A stretch of 64,000 bases of DNA from Candidatus Eiseniibacteriota bacterium (GTDB taxonomy: Bacteria > Eisenbacteria > RBG-16-71-46 > CAVPCR01): the NCBI GenBank assembly GCA_963702435.1, contig CAVPCR010000004.1, positions 352,001-416,000 on the forward strand. The letters are read 5' to 3'. The translations under genes and the position numbers were made by a program. Position 1 is the stretch's first letter; each line of letters begins with the position of its first letter. The notes below the pieces were generated by a model that was not told the DNA's origin, did not search any database, and was given only the letters and a program-made list of their open reading frames with translations. This document shows, piece by piece, positions 44,303 to 54,278 of this stretch.

Positions 44303-44350
44303 GCGCGGAGCCTACGCAGAGGCCGGCCGCGCTGCAAGGGGGAGGACATC

Positions 44351-45037
44351 GTGCCCGGAGGCGAGTTGCTCCTGCCGCCGTTCACCGTGGAGGGAGAACT
44401 GGCGGCACTGGTTGACATCGGTCTCCTCACCGCGGGCGGGCTCGAGGTCACGCCGGCGGGTGCAGCCATCGGGGCGGCGATTGCGGCCGAGGCGGCGGCC
44501 AAGCGCGCGTTCGCCGGTGACCGCGCGATCGGGGACGTCCCGGGCGTCGCGCCGGTCCGGCGGCTCATGAGCGCCCTCGGCACCGATCCCACGAAGACGC
44601 GCCCGTCCTCGGAGGCGCTGCTGCGCCGTGTGCTCAGGGGGCAGGGTCTCTACGCGGTGAACAACGTGGTCGACACGGTGAACCTGGCGTCGCTCCGCTG
44701 GCTCCTGCCCATGGGCCTCTACGATCTTGCGGCATTGCGCGGGAATCTGCGGCTTGCGCGCGGCGGTTCCGGCGACGGCTACTCCGGCATCGGCAAGGAG
44801 CACGTGAGCCTCGCGGACCGGCCGGCGCTCTACGACGACGAGGGGCCGTTCGGGGCTCCGACCTCCGATTCGTTCCGGACGCGGGTCCACGCCGGAACGA
44901 CGCGCATCCTCCTCGTCGTCTTCGCGCCCCGCGACATCCACGCCGACATGCTCCCGCGGTGTCTCGCCGATACCAGGGACCTCCTCGTCAATCTCTGCGG
45001 GGCGCGCCCGGGCTCCGAGCGACTTCTCCGCGGCTAG
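44351..45037 (+). CDS. Stand-alone B3/B4 (PheRS beta-subunit-related) domain protein
   Basis: G.DPTKTRPSSEALLRR, NNVVD..N..SL..P.GLYD and D.EGPFG.PTSDS.RT motifs. Confidence 0.85.
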   Translation: MPGGELLLPPFTVEGELAALVDIGLLTAGGLEVTPAGAAIGAAIAAEAAAKRAFAGDRAIGDVPGVAPVRRLMSALGTDPTKTRPSSEALLRRVLRGQGLYAVNNVVDTVNLASLRWLLPMGLYDLAALRGNLRLARGGSGDGYSGIGKEHVSLADRPALYDDEGPFGAPTSDSFRTRVHAGTTRILLVVFAPRDIHADMLPRCLADTRDLLVNLCGARPGSERLLRG

Positions 45038-45157
45038 TCCTGGAACGGCCGGCGCCCGCCGCCGAACGCGCCTCGCGGGTCGCCGCGCCGCCGAGCGCGA
45101 CCCAGTGACCCTCGAAACCGCGCGGACCGCCCTGGCGACGGGTGCTATCCTCGGCCC

Positions 45158-46570
45158 ATGGTGCGCCTCGATCGCCTCCTCGTCGCCGGCCCGCGGAGCG
45201 GCGCCGGCAAGACCACGATCACCCTCGGGCTCCTCGCCGGCGCGGTCGAGCGCGGACGGAAGGTGCAGCCGTTCAAGGTGGGGCCCGACTTCATCGACAC
45301 CGGGTTCCACGCGGCGCTCACCCGTCGCCCCTGCTACAACCTCGACGGCTGGATGATGCCGGGCGAGCGGCTCGCCGACACCTTCCGCCGCGCCATGCGC
45401 CGCGGCGCCGATCTCGCCGTGGTCGAGGGCATGATGGGCCTCTACGACGGCGCGGGCGCGGGTGAGGAGGGCACTGCGAGCGCCGACATCGCCAGGCGGC
45501 TCGGGCTCCCGGTGATCCTGGTCCTCGACGTATTCGCCATGGCCGGCTCGGCCGGCGCCGCGGCGCTCGGCTACCGGCTCTACGATCCCGACGTCAACGT
45601 GGCCGGCGTCATCCTGAACCGGGTCGTCGGGGAGCGGCATGCGGCGGCCTGCAAGGAATCGCTCGACCGCGCCGGTTTTCGCGTCCTGGGCGTGGTGCCG
45701 GCGGACGATGCCCTCGTCCTCCCGGAGCGGCATCTCGGCCTGGTGCCGGCGTGGGAGCAGGCAGGAGCAGGGAAGGCGCTCGCCTCGATGGCGCGCGCGG
45801 TCGCCCAGCACCTCGACATGGACGCGATCCTCGCCCTCGCGGCCTCCGCGCCGCCCCTGGGAGATCTTGCCGCCGGCGACTTGCAGGGGAACGGCGGCGC
45901 CAAGCCGGCGCCGGTCACGATCGGTCTCGCTCGCGACGAGGCCTTCGGTTTCTACTACCAGGACACGCTCGATGCGCTTGCCGCCGCCGGGGCATCGCTC
46001 GTCCCGTTCGCGCCTTCGCGCGATGAGGAGCTGCCCGCCACCCTCGGCGGCCTCTATCTCGGCGGCGGCTTTCCCGAGCGCCACCTCGATGCGCTCGAGG
46101 CCAATGTGACGCTTCGCTCGGAGATCGCGCGGCTCGCCCGGGCAGGCCTGCCGATCTACGCCGAGTGCGGCGGGCTCATGTATCTCTGCCGGTCGATCGC
46201 GCCCGAGCGGGGCGCGCGCCGGGCGATGGCCGGGGTGCTCGACGGGCACGTGCGCATGGGCGGCCGGCAGGCGATCGCCTACGTCGGCGTGGAGGTGCGG
46301 GAAGACACGCCGCTCGCACCGCAGGGGACGCACCTCCGCGGCCATGTCTTCCACAACTCGGTGGTCGAGCGGATCGGACCCGACGCGCGCTTCACCTACC
46401 GGCTCGCGCCCGGGCCGGGGATCAGGGATCTCGAAGACGGCTGGCTCTCGGGGAACGTGCTGGCGAGCTACACCCACCTGCCGCTCGCCGCCTACCCGGA
46501 GCTGGTCGCACGCTGGCTCGCCGCGTGCCGGCACTTTCGTGACCGGCAAGCTGCAGCTGGTGGTGCATAG
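45158..46570 (+). CDS. cobB: Cobyrinate a,c-diamide synthase (CbiA/CobB family)
   Basis: SGAGKTT, PFKVGPDFID, EG.MGLYDG, ERHLGL, GGGFPE, YAECGG.MYL and ASYTH motifs; TGcTATCCT lies 6 nt before the ATG. Confidence 0.9.
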   Translation: MVRLDRLLVAGPRSGAGKTTITLGLLAGAVERGRKVQPFKVGPDFIDTGFHAALTRRPCYNLDGWMMPGERLADTFRRAMRRGADLAVVEGMMGLYDGAGAGEEGTASADIARRLGLPVILVLDVFAMAGSAGAAALGYRLYDPDVNVAGVILNRVVGERHAAACKESLDRAGFRVLGVVPADDALVLPERHLGLVPAWEQAGAGKALASMARAVAQHLDMDAILALAASAPPLGDLAAGDLQGNGGAKPAPVTIGLARDEAFGFYYQDTLDALAAAGASLVPFAPSRDEELPATLGGLYLGGGFPERHLDALEANVTLRSEIARLARAGLPIYAECGGLMYLCRSIAPERGARRAMAGVLDGHVRMGGRQAIAYVGVEVREDTPLAPQGTHLRGHVFHNSVVERIGPDARFTYRLAPGPGIRDLEDGWLSGNVLASYTHLPLAAYPELVARWLAACRHFRDRQAAAGGA

Positions 46571-46638
46571 CGAGCCACCCCGTTACCCGCCGCGGGCGGG
46601 AAACGGCAGCCAGGAGGCGACTTAGCGCCGGGACGCGG

Positions 46639-46655
46639 CTGGCACCGACCTTGCT
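46639..46655 (+). promoter_or_regulatory. Sigma54 (-24/-12) promoter
   Basis: CTGGCACCGACCTTGCT matches TGGCAC-N5-TTGCW, ~90 nt upstream of the next gene. Confidence 0.65.
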
Positions 46656-46743
46656 CTCTCCCGGTCGGGGTGCTCTTGCCCCCGAGTTGATCTGGGCAAT
46701 TTGGCGCGGAAGAAGGTCCACCGCGGAGAAGGAGAGGAACGTG

Positions 46744-47673
46744 ATGAGCGCTCGCACCTGCTGGCGCCGGAGGGCGCGTGTATCTATCGCCGGGCTCGTG
46801 CTGGCCCTCGTCGCCGGCGGATTCGGCGGCTGCGATGAGACCGGCACGAGCACGGTGGGTGAGGACGAGCTCGCTCCCCCGCTCGGACTCACCAGCATCA
46901 CGGGGAATCGGGAAGTGACCCTCATCTGGTACACGAGCAACTTCGAGTCGGGATTCGAGGGTTACATCGTGTACCAGCGCAACGGCGACTACGAGACGGA
47001 CCGGTCGTCGCCGCTGCCCACGGGCTTCGTCGAGGTGGATCGCATGCCGCTCGGCCAGTCCGGCACACAGCAGAGCGTTCTGGTCCAGGATCTCGAGAAC
47101 GGTACGACCTTCAGCTTCGCGATCTGCGCCTACCGCGACGGCGGAAACGAGGTGAGCCTCGCGAGCAACATCGTCGCCGACACCCCGCGTCCCGAGATCA
47201 CGAGCGTCACTCTGACCTCGGCCTCGACCGGCGATGTGTCCGGCAACGACGCCACGGCGGGCTTCGACTTCGCGGGCTTCGCCATCGAGAGCGTGCCTCT
47301 CGATCTCAGCGGATCCAACTACACCAACAACTCGGGGACCGATGTCGTGCACGAGGCCTTCGATCCCGGCCAGGCCAACCTGAACATCCGCTCGTGGCTC
47401 GCCGGGATGAACGGCGGCGGGGTGCAGGATCTGGGCTGGATGGGGAATCTCGACGGTTCCTCCGAGGCGCCGCCCGAAGGGTATGCCGATTCGGGCGAGT
47501 CGGTGCTCCTGACCGTGGGGCATGTCTATGCCGTCCGGACCGGCGACGGTCACTACGGCAAGCTGATCGTGACGAGCGTCCAGGGGGCGCCTGCGCACCT
47601 CGTGACGTTCAATGCGGCCTACCAGACCAAGCCCGACGAACCGAACTACTTCCCGGCGCTCGGCATCCACTAG
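46744..47673 (+). CDS. Lipoprotein with fibronectin type III-like domain
   Basis: Lipobox FGG-C; APPLGL.S.TGNREV.L.W, L.NGTT.SFAI.AY and GHVY.VRT.DGHYGK motifs. Confidence 0.72.
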   Translation: MSARTCWRRRARVSIAGLVLALVAGGFGGCDETGTSTVGEDELAPPLGLTSITGNREVTLIWYTSNFESGFEGYIVYQRNGDYETDRSSPLPTGFVEVDRMPLGQSGTQQSVLVQDLENGTTFSFAICAYRDGGNEVSLASNIVADTPRPEITSVTLTSASTGDVSGNDATAGFDFAGFAIESVPLDLSGSNYTNNSGTDVVHEAFDPGQANLNIRSWLAGMNGGGVQDLGWMGNLDGSSEAPPEGYADSGESVLLTVGHVYAVRTGDGHYGKLIVTSVQGAPAHLVTFNAAYQTKPDEPNYFPALGIH

Positions 47674-47802
47674 AGGCGGCAGCCGGGCGCTCACCAGGCG
47701 CCTGCACGCGCTGGCGGCGCGCTCCCGGAACGGGCGGCGGTGCTCTCGCATCGCCGCCCGTTCCATGTCATCCTTCCGCCGGCAACGGAAGGATGGGGGA
47801 GC

Positions 47803-48504
47803 ATGAGACGCCAGCGATCGCCGGCCTTGTGGTATGGCCTCCTGCTGCTCGCCGCGCTCGCCATCGCGGTGTGGCGTCTCTCCGCAGGGGGCATCTCGCC
47901 CTTCCCGGATTCCCTCCTCCAGCCCGCGCCGCGAGTCGCGCTCGTGGACGCCTTCGCCCGCGCCGGCGTGCGCTACCCGCCGGCCGAGGTCGCCCTGCTC
48001 GGGTTCAAGGCGGAGAAGTCCCTCGAGGTGTGGGCGGCCGACGGCGGACCGTGGCGATTCATCACGAGCTACCCGATCCGCGCCGCGAGCGGCCGGGCCG
48101 GCCCCAAGCTCCGCGAGGGCGACCGGCAGGTTCCGGAGGGTGTCTACCGGATCGTCTGGCTCAATCCCCACTCGAGCTTTCACCTGTCCATGCAGCTCGA
48201 CTATCCGAATGCCTTCGATCGTCGCCGCGCCCGCGCCGACGGGCGCACGCAGCCCGGCAGCGACATCTTCATCCACGGCGCTGCGGTGTCGATCGGCTGC
48301 CTCGCCATGGGCGACCGGGCGATCGAGGAGCTCTATGCGCTGGTCGAGAAGACCGGACTCGCCGGCGCCCGCGTCCTCCTCGCTCCGCACGATCCACGGG
48401 TGCGGCCGCTCCCGCGCACGCTCGGCGGGGCGCCGGCGTGGCTGCCGGAACTGTACGACCAGCTCGAGGCGGAGTTCGCTGCCTTCAAGAAGGACGCGGG
48501 TTGA
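47803..48504 (+). CDS. L,D-transpeptidase family protein (YafK/DpaA-like)
   Basis: GPK.REGD.QVPEG.Y, NP.S.FHLS..LDYPN.FD and IFIHG..VSIGC motifs. Confidence 0.9.
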   Translation: MRRQRSPALWYGLLLLAALAIAVWRLSAGGISPFPDSLLQPAPRVALVDAFARAGVRYPPAEVALLGFKAEKSLEVWAADGGPWRFITSYPIRAASGRAGPKLREGDRQVPEGVYRIVWLNPHSSFHLSMQLDYPNAFDRRRARADGRTQPGSDIFIHGAAVSIGCLAMGDRAIEELYALVEKTGLAGARVLLAPHDPRVRPLPRTLGGAPAWLPELYDQLEAEFAAFKKDAG

Positions 48505-48531
48505 CTTCCACCGGCGGGCGCCGCCGGCTCT

Positions 48532-48951
48532 CTACTCCCCGATGATCTTGACGAGCACGCGCTTCGGGCGGCGGCCGTCGAACTCCCCGTAGAAGATCTG
48601 CTCCCACGGGCCGAAGTCGAGCCTCCCGCCGGTGATCGCCACCACCACCTCGCGGCCCATCAGCTGCCGCTTGATGTGCGCGTCGGCATTGTCCTCGCCG
48701 GTCAGGTGATGGCGGTAGTCGGTTCCGGGCCGGTAGGGGGCGAACGCCTCGAGCCAGCGCGCGAAGTCGGCATGGAGGCCTGACTCGTCGTCGTTGATGA
48801 AGACGCTCGAGGTGATGTGCATCGAGTTGACGAGGCAGAGCCCCTCCTGGACGCCGCTTGCGCGCACGGCGGCTTCTACCTCCGAAGTGATGTTCACGAA
48901 CTCGAGCCGCTCGGGCGTGGTGATCCTGATCTCGTGGCGATGGGTCTTCAC
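48532..48951 (-). CDS. yjbQ: YjbQ/UPF0047 family protein
   Basis: [17 protein letters not shown] and [14 protein letters not shown] motifs. Confidence 0.92.
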   Translation of the reverse strand: MKTHRHEIRITTPERLEFVNITSEVEAAVRASGVQEGLCLVNSMHITSSVFINDDESGLHADFARWLEAFAPYRPGTDYRHHLTGEDNADAHIKRQLMGREVVVAITGGRLDFGPWEQIFYGEFDGRRPKRVLVKIIGE

Positions 48952-49778
48952 GGGAAAAGCCTCCGGGCCACCGCCGCCCAGCCGGCGGGGCCGGGCGCCG
49001 GGGCGAGCGCGGCGCGGGGGACGCCGCGCCGGAGATCGGGGTCGGGCGCGCCGTCTCGGCGCGGCACGATGACCGGATGATCCACGGCGCCGAGCAGCGC
49101 CACGTCGTGCGGGCCGTCGCCGAAGCCGATCGTCACCGGAGCCCAGCCGGCACGGCGGAACCAGTCGATGACGATGCGGGTTGCATGCCCCTTGTCGGTG
49201 CGACCGTGCAGGTGGTGCATGATCGCCCCGCGCGTGATCGTGAGGCCGCGGCGGGCGAGGACCCGGCGGATGGCCGCCGCGTGTCCGCGCGGGTGGCGGA
49301 GGAAGACGAAGGGCTCGTCGAACTGGCGGCGGCGGGCGAGGCGGATCGCGGCCGGGGCGAGGCCGGTGAGCGCGCGGAGTTCCGCCTCGCTCATCGCGCC
49401 GAGGCCTCGCACGCCGTTCCCGAGGAGGGTGCCGATCTCGGCGAGGCCGGCCCGCACCTCGTCGATCCCGACTGCGAGCGGGATGAGGAGCCCCTCGCGC
49501 GTGCGCCGGCGGGGGATGCCGGGAGGCAGCGGAACCGGCAGCGAGCCCGCGGGGATCACGACCGCTCCGCCGCTCTCGACGATCGCGGGCAGGCGGAATC
49601 CGATCGCGCGCTCGAGCGCGCGCACCTCGGCCTCCGTCTTGCTGGTGCAGAGGATGACGGGCACGCCAGCGCGGTGGAGGCGCCGGAGCACGGTCCGCGC
49701 CGGCCCCAGGCGATAGGTGCGCGCGTCGAGGAGGCAGCCGTCGACGTCGGTGAAGACGAGGAGTCGGGGTGACATCAT
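48948..49778 (-). CDS. Mannosyl-3-phosphoglycerate phosphatase-like HAD-IIB hydrolase
   Basis: [27 protein letters not shown] and G.GDG..D motifs. Confidence 0.85.
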   Translation of the reverse strand: MMSPRLLVFTDVDGCLLDARTYRLGPARTVLRRLHRAGVPVILCTSKTEAEVRALERAIGFRLPAIVESGGAVVIPAGSLPVPLPPGIPRRRTREGLLIPLAVGIDEVRAGLAEIGTLLGNGVRGLGAMSEAELRALTGLAPAAIRLARRRQFDEPFVFLRHPRGHAAAIRRVLARRGLTITRGAIMHHLHGRTDKGHATRIVIDWFRRAGWAPVTIGFGDGPHDVALLGAVDHPVIVPRRDGAPDPDLRRGVPRAALAPAPGPAGWAAVARRLFP

Positions 49779-49916
49779 CGCGGCGAGCTTAGAGCGGGGT
49801 GCGGGGTCCGGCAAGCGGGCATCGGCGCATCTTCGCGCGTGTCAAGGGGTCGCATCTCGCCTATTCTCTCTTCGCGCGCGGCGCCCGGCCCGGCCGTTGC
49901 CGCTCCAGGAACCCGG

Positions 49917-51899
49917 ATGCTGACACCTTTCCTCCGCGATCTCGCCATCCTCCTCGCGCTCGGCGTCGTGGTGGTCCTCGCCTTCCACCGCCTGCGCCTG
50001 CCGGCGATCGTCGGCTTCCTCCTCGCCGGTGTGATCGCGGGTCCGCACGGGCTCCGGCTGATCGACAACGTGCACGCGGTCGAGAGCCTGGCCGAGGTCG
50101 GGGTCATCGTGCTCATGTTCACGATCGGTCTCGAGTTCTCGGTCGGCGAGCTCAAGCGGATCCGCACGGTCGCGCTGACCGCCGGCACCGTGCAGGTCGC
50201 CGGCACGATCGCCGCCGTCGCCGGGCTCGGCGTCGCGTTCCTCGGTCTCTCGCTCGCCGAGGGCCTCTTCGCCGGCATGCTCGTCGCGCTGAGCTCGACC
50301 GTCATCGTCCTGAAGATCCTCGGCGACCGCGGCGAGCTGACCGCCCCGCACGGGAAGATCGCGGTCGCCGTGCTCATCTTCCAGGACCTCTGCGTCGTGC
50401 CGATGATGCTCGTGGCCCCGCTCCTCGCCGGCGGGGAGACGTCGCTCACCCGCATCGCCCTCGTTCTGGGCCAGGCGCTTCTCGTCGTGGTCCTGACCGT
50501 CGTGCTCTCACGGCGGGTGGTGCCGCGACTTCTCCATCTCGCCGCCGGGACGCGGAGCCGCGAGGTGTTCATCCTCACCGTCATCCTCGTCTGCATCGGC
50601 ACCGCCTGGATCTCCCAGCGCATCGGGCTCTCGCTCGCGCTCGGCGCCTTCATCGCCGGGATCGTGATCTCCGAGTCGGAGTACAGCCACCAGGCGATGA
50701 GCGACGTGCTTCCCTTCCGCGACACCCTGGCCAGCGTCTTCTTCCTCGCGGCGGGCATGCTCCTCGATCTGGGCGCGATCGGGCGCGCGCCGGGCTTCGT
50801 CTTCGGGCTCGCCGTCGTCCTCATCGCGCTCAAGGCGATCGTGGCGGGGATCGCCGTCCTCGTGCTCCTTCGCTATCCGCTCCGGGTCGTCGTCCTCTCC
50901 GCGCTCGCGCTGGCCCAGCTCGGCGAGTTCTCGTTCGTGCTGGCGGCGGTCGGTACCGATCTGGGTCTCACCCCGCCGGCGTTGCGCCAGCCCCTCCTCG
51001 CCGCGATCGTGCTCAGCATGGTGGTCACTCCCTTCCTGATCGCCGGCGGCCGGCGGCTGGCCGAGCGGATCGCGACCCGCGCTGCCGACTCCGGGGGGCG
51101 CGCCGACCAGGGCGTGCTCGCCCAGTCGCCGTCCCGGCTCCACGATCACACGATCATCATCGGCTTCGGTCTCAACGGGCGGAACGTCGCTCGCGTCCTC
51201 GACGAGGCCGACATCCGCTACGTCGCGGTCGAGATGAACGCGCAGACCGTGGCCGGCGAGCGGCAGCGCGGAGTGCCCATCGTCTACGGGGACGCCTGTC
51301 AGGCCAACGTGCTCGAGGGCGTCGGCGCGCGGGCGGCGCGCGTCATCGTGATCGCGATTTCCGATCCGGCGGCGACCCGCCGCATCACGCAAACCGCGCG
51401 CCGCCTGAATCCGGCGGCGGAGATCATCGTGCGCACGCGCTACGTCGAGGAGGTCGAGGCGCTGGCGCTGGCGGGGGCGAGCGACGTGGTGCCGGAGGAG
51501 TTCGAGACCTCGATCGAGATCTTCTCGCGGGTGCTCCGCACCTACATGGTGCCGGGCGAGGTGATCGAGGACCTGATCCGCGCCATCCGCCAGGACGAGT
51601 ACGTGATGCTCCGCTATCGCGATCTGCCCGGGGTGAGTCTCGTCGGGAACCTCGCCGGCCTGAAGACCGAGATCGTCCGCGTCGAGCGCGGCGCGCCGAT
51701 CGCAGGGCTCACGCTCCAGGAGAGCCAGATCCGGTCGACCACCGGGACCGCGGTCGTCGCCATCCGGCGTGGCGAGGAGACCATCTCGAACCCGCCGCCG
51801 GAGACGCGCCTCGAGCCGGACGACGTGGCGCTCCTCCTCGGGAAGGCCGAGCAGGTGCTGGCGGCGGCGGTGCTCTTCCGCGGCGGGCGGGGCGCGTAG
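49917..51899 (+). CDS. CPA2 cation:proton antiporter (Kef-type) with TrkA-N and TrkA-C domains
   Basis: F.IGLEFS, ALSST.IV, L.FQD, ALGAF.AG, AQ.GEFSFVL, IIGFG..G and C-terminal RCK_C domain. Confidence 0.93.
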   Translation: MLTPFLRDLAILLALGVVVVLAFHRLRLPAIVGFLLAGVIAGPHGLRLIDNVHAVESLAEVGVIVLMFTIGLEFSVGELKRIRTVALTAGTVQVAGTIAAVAGLGVAFLGLSLAEGLFAGMLVALSSTVIVLKILGDRGELTAPHGKIAVAVLIFQDLCVVPMMLVAPLLAGGETSLTRIALVLGQALLVVVLTVVLSRRVVPRLLHLAAGTRSREVFILTVILVCIGTAWISQRIGLSLALGAFIAGIVISESEYSHQAMSDVLPFRDTLASVFFLAAGMLLDLGAIGRAPGFVFGLAVVLIALKAIVAGIAVLVLLRYPLRVVVLSALALAQLGEFSFVLAAVGTDLGLTPPALRQPLLAAIVLSMVVTPFLIAGGRRLAERIATRAADSGGRADQGVLAQSPSRLHDHTIIIGFGLNGRNVARVLDEADIRYVAVEMNAQTVAGERQRGVPIVYGDACQANVLEGVGARAARVIVIAISDPAATRRITQTARRLNPAAEIIVRTRYVEEVEALALAGASDVVPEEFETSIEIFSRVLRTYMVPGEVIEDLIRAIRQDEYVMLRYRDLPGVSLVGNLAGLKTEIVRVERGAPIAGLTLQESQIRSTTGTAVVAIRRGEETISNPPPETRLEPDDVALLLGKAEQVLAAAVLFRGGRGA

Positions 51900-52142
51900 C
51901 TCCCTCCGGCGAGCGACCGATCTGATCATGGTGCTCAGTCAAGCGATGACCGGCGCGAGCCAGCGGGACTTCAACCTGTACAGCGAGCTCGCCTCGGCCT
52001 ACCATGAACTCGGGATTCCTGATCCTATGAAGTTCTCGCCGGGGCCGCTGACCAAGCTGGCAGAGCAGACGAAACCCTTGATCCGGCATGCAGACGGAAT
52101 CGATGCGATGGCGGGGTGCACAGGTGCCTTGAGGAGACGCTG

Positions 52143-52502
52143 ATGCTCATGGGCAGTCGGAGAGCGATGGTCATTGCCGTGTCATGGCTCGGGATTGGCG
52201 GGCTGTTGCTGGGGTGCGAGGATGACGGGGGTGGTCCAGACACGGGCTTCCTGTCGGTCTCAGTGCTGGACCAGGAAGTCGGCCCGGTAAGCGGACAAGC
52301 GATCTCGGTTTCGCCGGCAGGCATGGACGGGGAGACGAACGCAGAGGGCATCGCGATGTTCGAGCTGGCCGCTGGCGAGTACGTCGTCGATGCCGACGTG
52401 TGCTGTGTCGGTCCCGGGTTCATCCAGTATCACGTGCCGGTCACCGTGGTGGCCGGGGACACGACAAAGGTCACCCTGGATGCGTGCATGTCATGTGAGT
52501 GA
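52143..52502 (+). CDS. Small lipoprotein, beta-sandwich (carboxypeptidase-regulatory-like) domain
   Basis: SD gaggag, lipobox LLG-C, GET.AEG.A.F.L..GEY.V..VTV.AG.TT.V. Confidence 0.65.
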   Translation: MLMGSRRAMVIAVSWLGIGGLLLGCEDDGGGPDTGFLSVSVLDQEVGPVSGQAISVSPAGMDGETNAEGIAMFELAAGEYVVDADVCCVGPGFIQYHVPVTVVAGDTTKVTLDACMSCE

Positions 52503-53103
52503 GCCACTGCCGGCCAGTGGTGTCCTGCCGACGGCGCTGCGGTTGTTCCTGGTCGCCGCGCTCTGCCTCGTCGGCGTCACCGCTGCGAATGCGGCAGACA
52601 AGAGCGACCAGCCCTGGCAGTCAGTCGTTCGCGCCGTCCGGGATCCCGACACCGGGGCCAGCTCGATCAAGGTCAACGGTTACCTGCTGCAGAAGGCCGG
52701 CGAGCCCAGAACGTTCCACTTTCTCAGCCTCTGGCAGTACGACGTGACGGCAGGCAGGTGGCGGAGAATCATCATCGTGCGCGCCGGAGAACCCATCACT
52801 CTCGAGCCAGAAGCAGGTACGATCTACTCTGCGCGGCAGGACCGCGAGCTGGTTGTCATGCCGGACCAGAGCGGCCTCTTCTGGTGCGAGTGGGAAGAGG
52901 ACGGCCGGCAGACAGGCACCCTGGTCCATTCCGGTCCCATTCTCTGCAACGATCTGCACATCGGTCCTCCTCCGGAGGGAATGATCGCTGCGTGCGTTCC
53001 ATCCTCCAGTGGGGCCAGGGCGATGTTTGTTCCGGATCCGCAGTCGCATTGTCGGGAGCCGGCCCGGTCGAGCCAGGCCGTGATCCTCGAGGTGGCGCCG
53101 TGA
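52495..53103 (+). CDS. Secreted hypothetical protein
   Basis: Signal peptide (..VTAANA/ADK); overlaps both neighbours. Confidence 0.55.
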   Translation: MSEPLPASGVLPTALRLFLVAALCLVGVTAANAADKSDQPWQSVVRAVRDPDTGASSIKVNGYLLQKAGEPRTFHFLSLWQYDVTAGRWRRIIIVRAGEPITLEPEAGTIYSARQDRELVVMPDQSGLFWCEWEEDGRQTGTLVHSGPILCNDLHIGPPPEGMIAACVPSSSGARAMFVPDPQSHCREPARSSQAVILEVAP

Positions 53104-54278
53104 ACGACGAACGGCATGTTCCGGTGAGGCGAACTGCCGGCGCCGAACGGGCGATCGCGCTCGCCGCAGCCCTGATCGTGGCGATCGCTGCCGCCGGCTG
53201 CGATGACGAAGAGACGCCCTATCAGCCGGTGCCCGTGGACGTCGCCGGCATCTGGCAGCAGGTCGCCGGGGCCCATCTCCTCCATCCCCGGGACGACATC
53301 ACGGCAACCGGCGACGCGCTCTACCTCCGGCTCGATGACGGCACCGGCCGGCTCCAGATCCGGGACTGGACCAACGGGATCGTCGACTGCATCCCGGTCC
53401 TCTATGCGCTCGCCCCGCCCCGGGCGCTCATCCTCGAAGCCGCGGAGTGGTCGGACATCTACCGCGTCGACCGCAGTGCCGGCGACACCCTCAAGCTTGC
53501 CGATCCGGAGGGGCGCGAGTCGGTCTTCGCGCTCTGCGCGACACTTCCCGACTCGGTGCGTTGCGGCGAGATCGAGGTGGTGCGGCGCTTCGATCTCCCC
53601 GACTCGGTCTCCGCCACCGGCGGACTCGCCTTCGACGGCACCTTGCTCTGGTTCACCTCATCCGGATGCGAGCAGCTCTACGGCGTCGATCCGGAGAGCG
53701 GCGCGATCGCCGCGGTCCGCCCCGTGCTCGCCTCGCCGGCCACTCTCGTCACGGGCGCCGAGGGCCCTGATCTCTGGCGCCTGTATGGATGCGGCGTGGT
53801 GGGCGACAATCCCATGCGCAGCAAGGTCTGGCGCATCGCGCCCGACGAGTCGATCCGGGACGAGGTGGACACGGCGGATCTCGCGCCCTGGAACGCGGTG
53901 GGTTCTGCGGCGCACGATCCGGCGACGGGCCACCTGTGGACGTTCCGGGCCACATTCCCGGGGCAGGTGGAATTCGTCGTGATCGACACCGCCGCCGAAC
54001 CGGACCGGCTGGTGCTCACGCGCGATGCCCGGTTGATCGTCTCCGAGATGTGCTGGCAGGGGGAGCGGCTCCTTGCGCTCACCCGCGGCGAGGAATCGCT
54101 GCTCCTGACCGAGATCGACACCGAGACATTCATGGTGAGCCGCACCTATGCGTCCCTCGCGGGTCTCTGGCTCGGCGGCGTGGCCGCCGTGGGCGACAGG
54201 ATCTTCCTGCTCGCGGCTCCGGAGCGGGAACGCCGGGCCGTCCTGCTCGAGGTGAAGCTCGTATGGCCCGGTCCGTGA
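53100..54278 (+). CDS. Lipoprotein, beta-barrel plus beta-propeller-like domain (paralog 1)
   Basis: Lipobox AAG-C; DVAGIW.QV.G, GLAFDGT.LWFT and G.DLWR motifs; GTGA overlaps. Confidence 0.7.
   Translation: MNDERHVPVRRTAGAERAIALAAALIVAIAAAGCDDEETPYQPVPVDVAGIWQQVAGAHLLHPRDDITATGDALYLRLDDGTGRLQIRDWTNGIVDCIPVLYALAPPRALILEAAEWSDIYRVDRSAGDTLKLADPEGRESVFALCATLPDSVRCGEIEVVRRFDLPDSVSATGGLAFDGTLLWFTSSGCEQLYGVDPESGAIAAVRPVLASPATLVTGAEGPDLWRLYGCGVVGDNPMRSKVWRIAPDESIRDEVDTADLAPWNAVGSAAHDPATGHLWTFRATFPGQVEFVVIDTAAEPDRLVLTRDARLIVSEMCWQGERLLALTRGEESLLLTEIDTETFMVSRTYASLAGLWLGGVAAVGDRIFLLAAPERERRAVLLEVKLVWPGP

Noticed and set aside
51900..53103. Integron cassette array
   Set aside because: The genes overlap, I see no attC-like sites, and there is no integrase.
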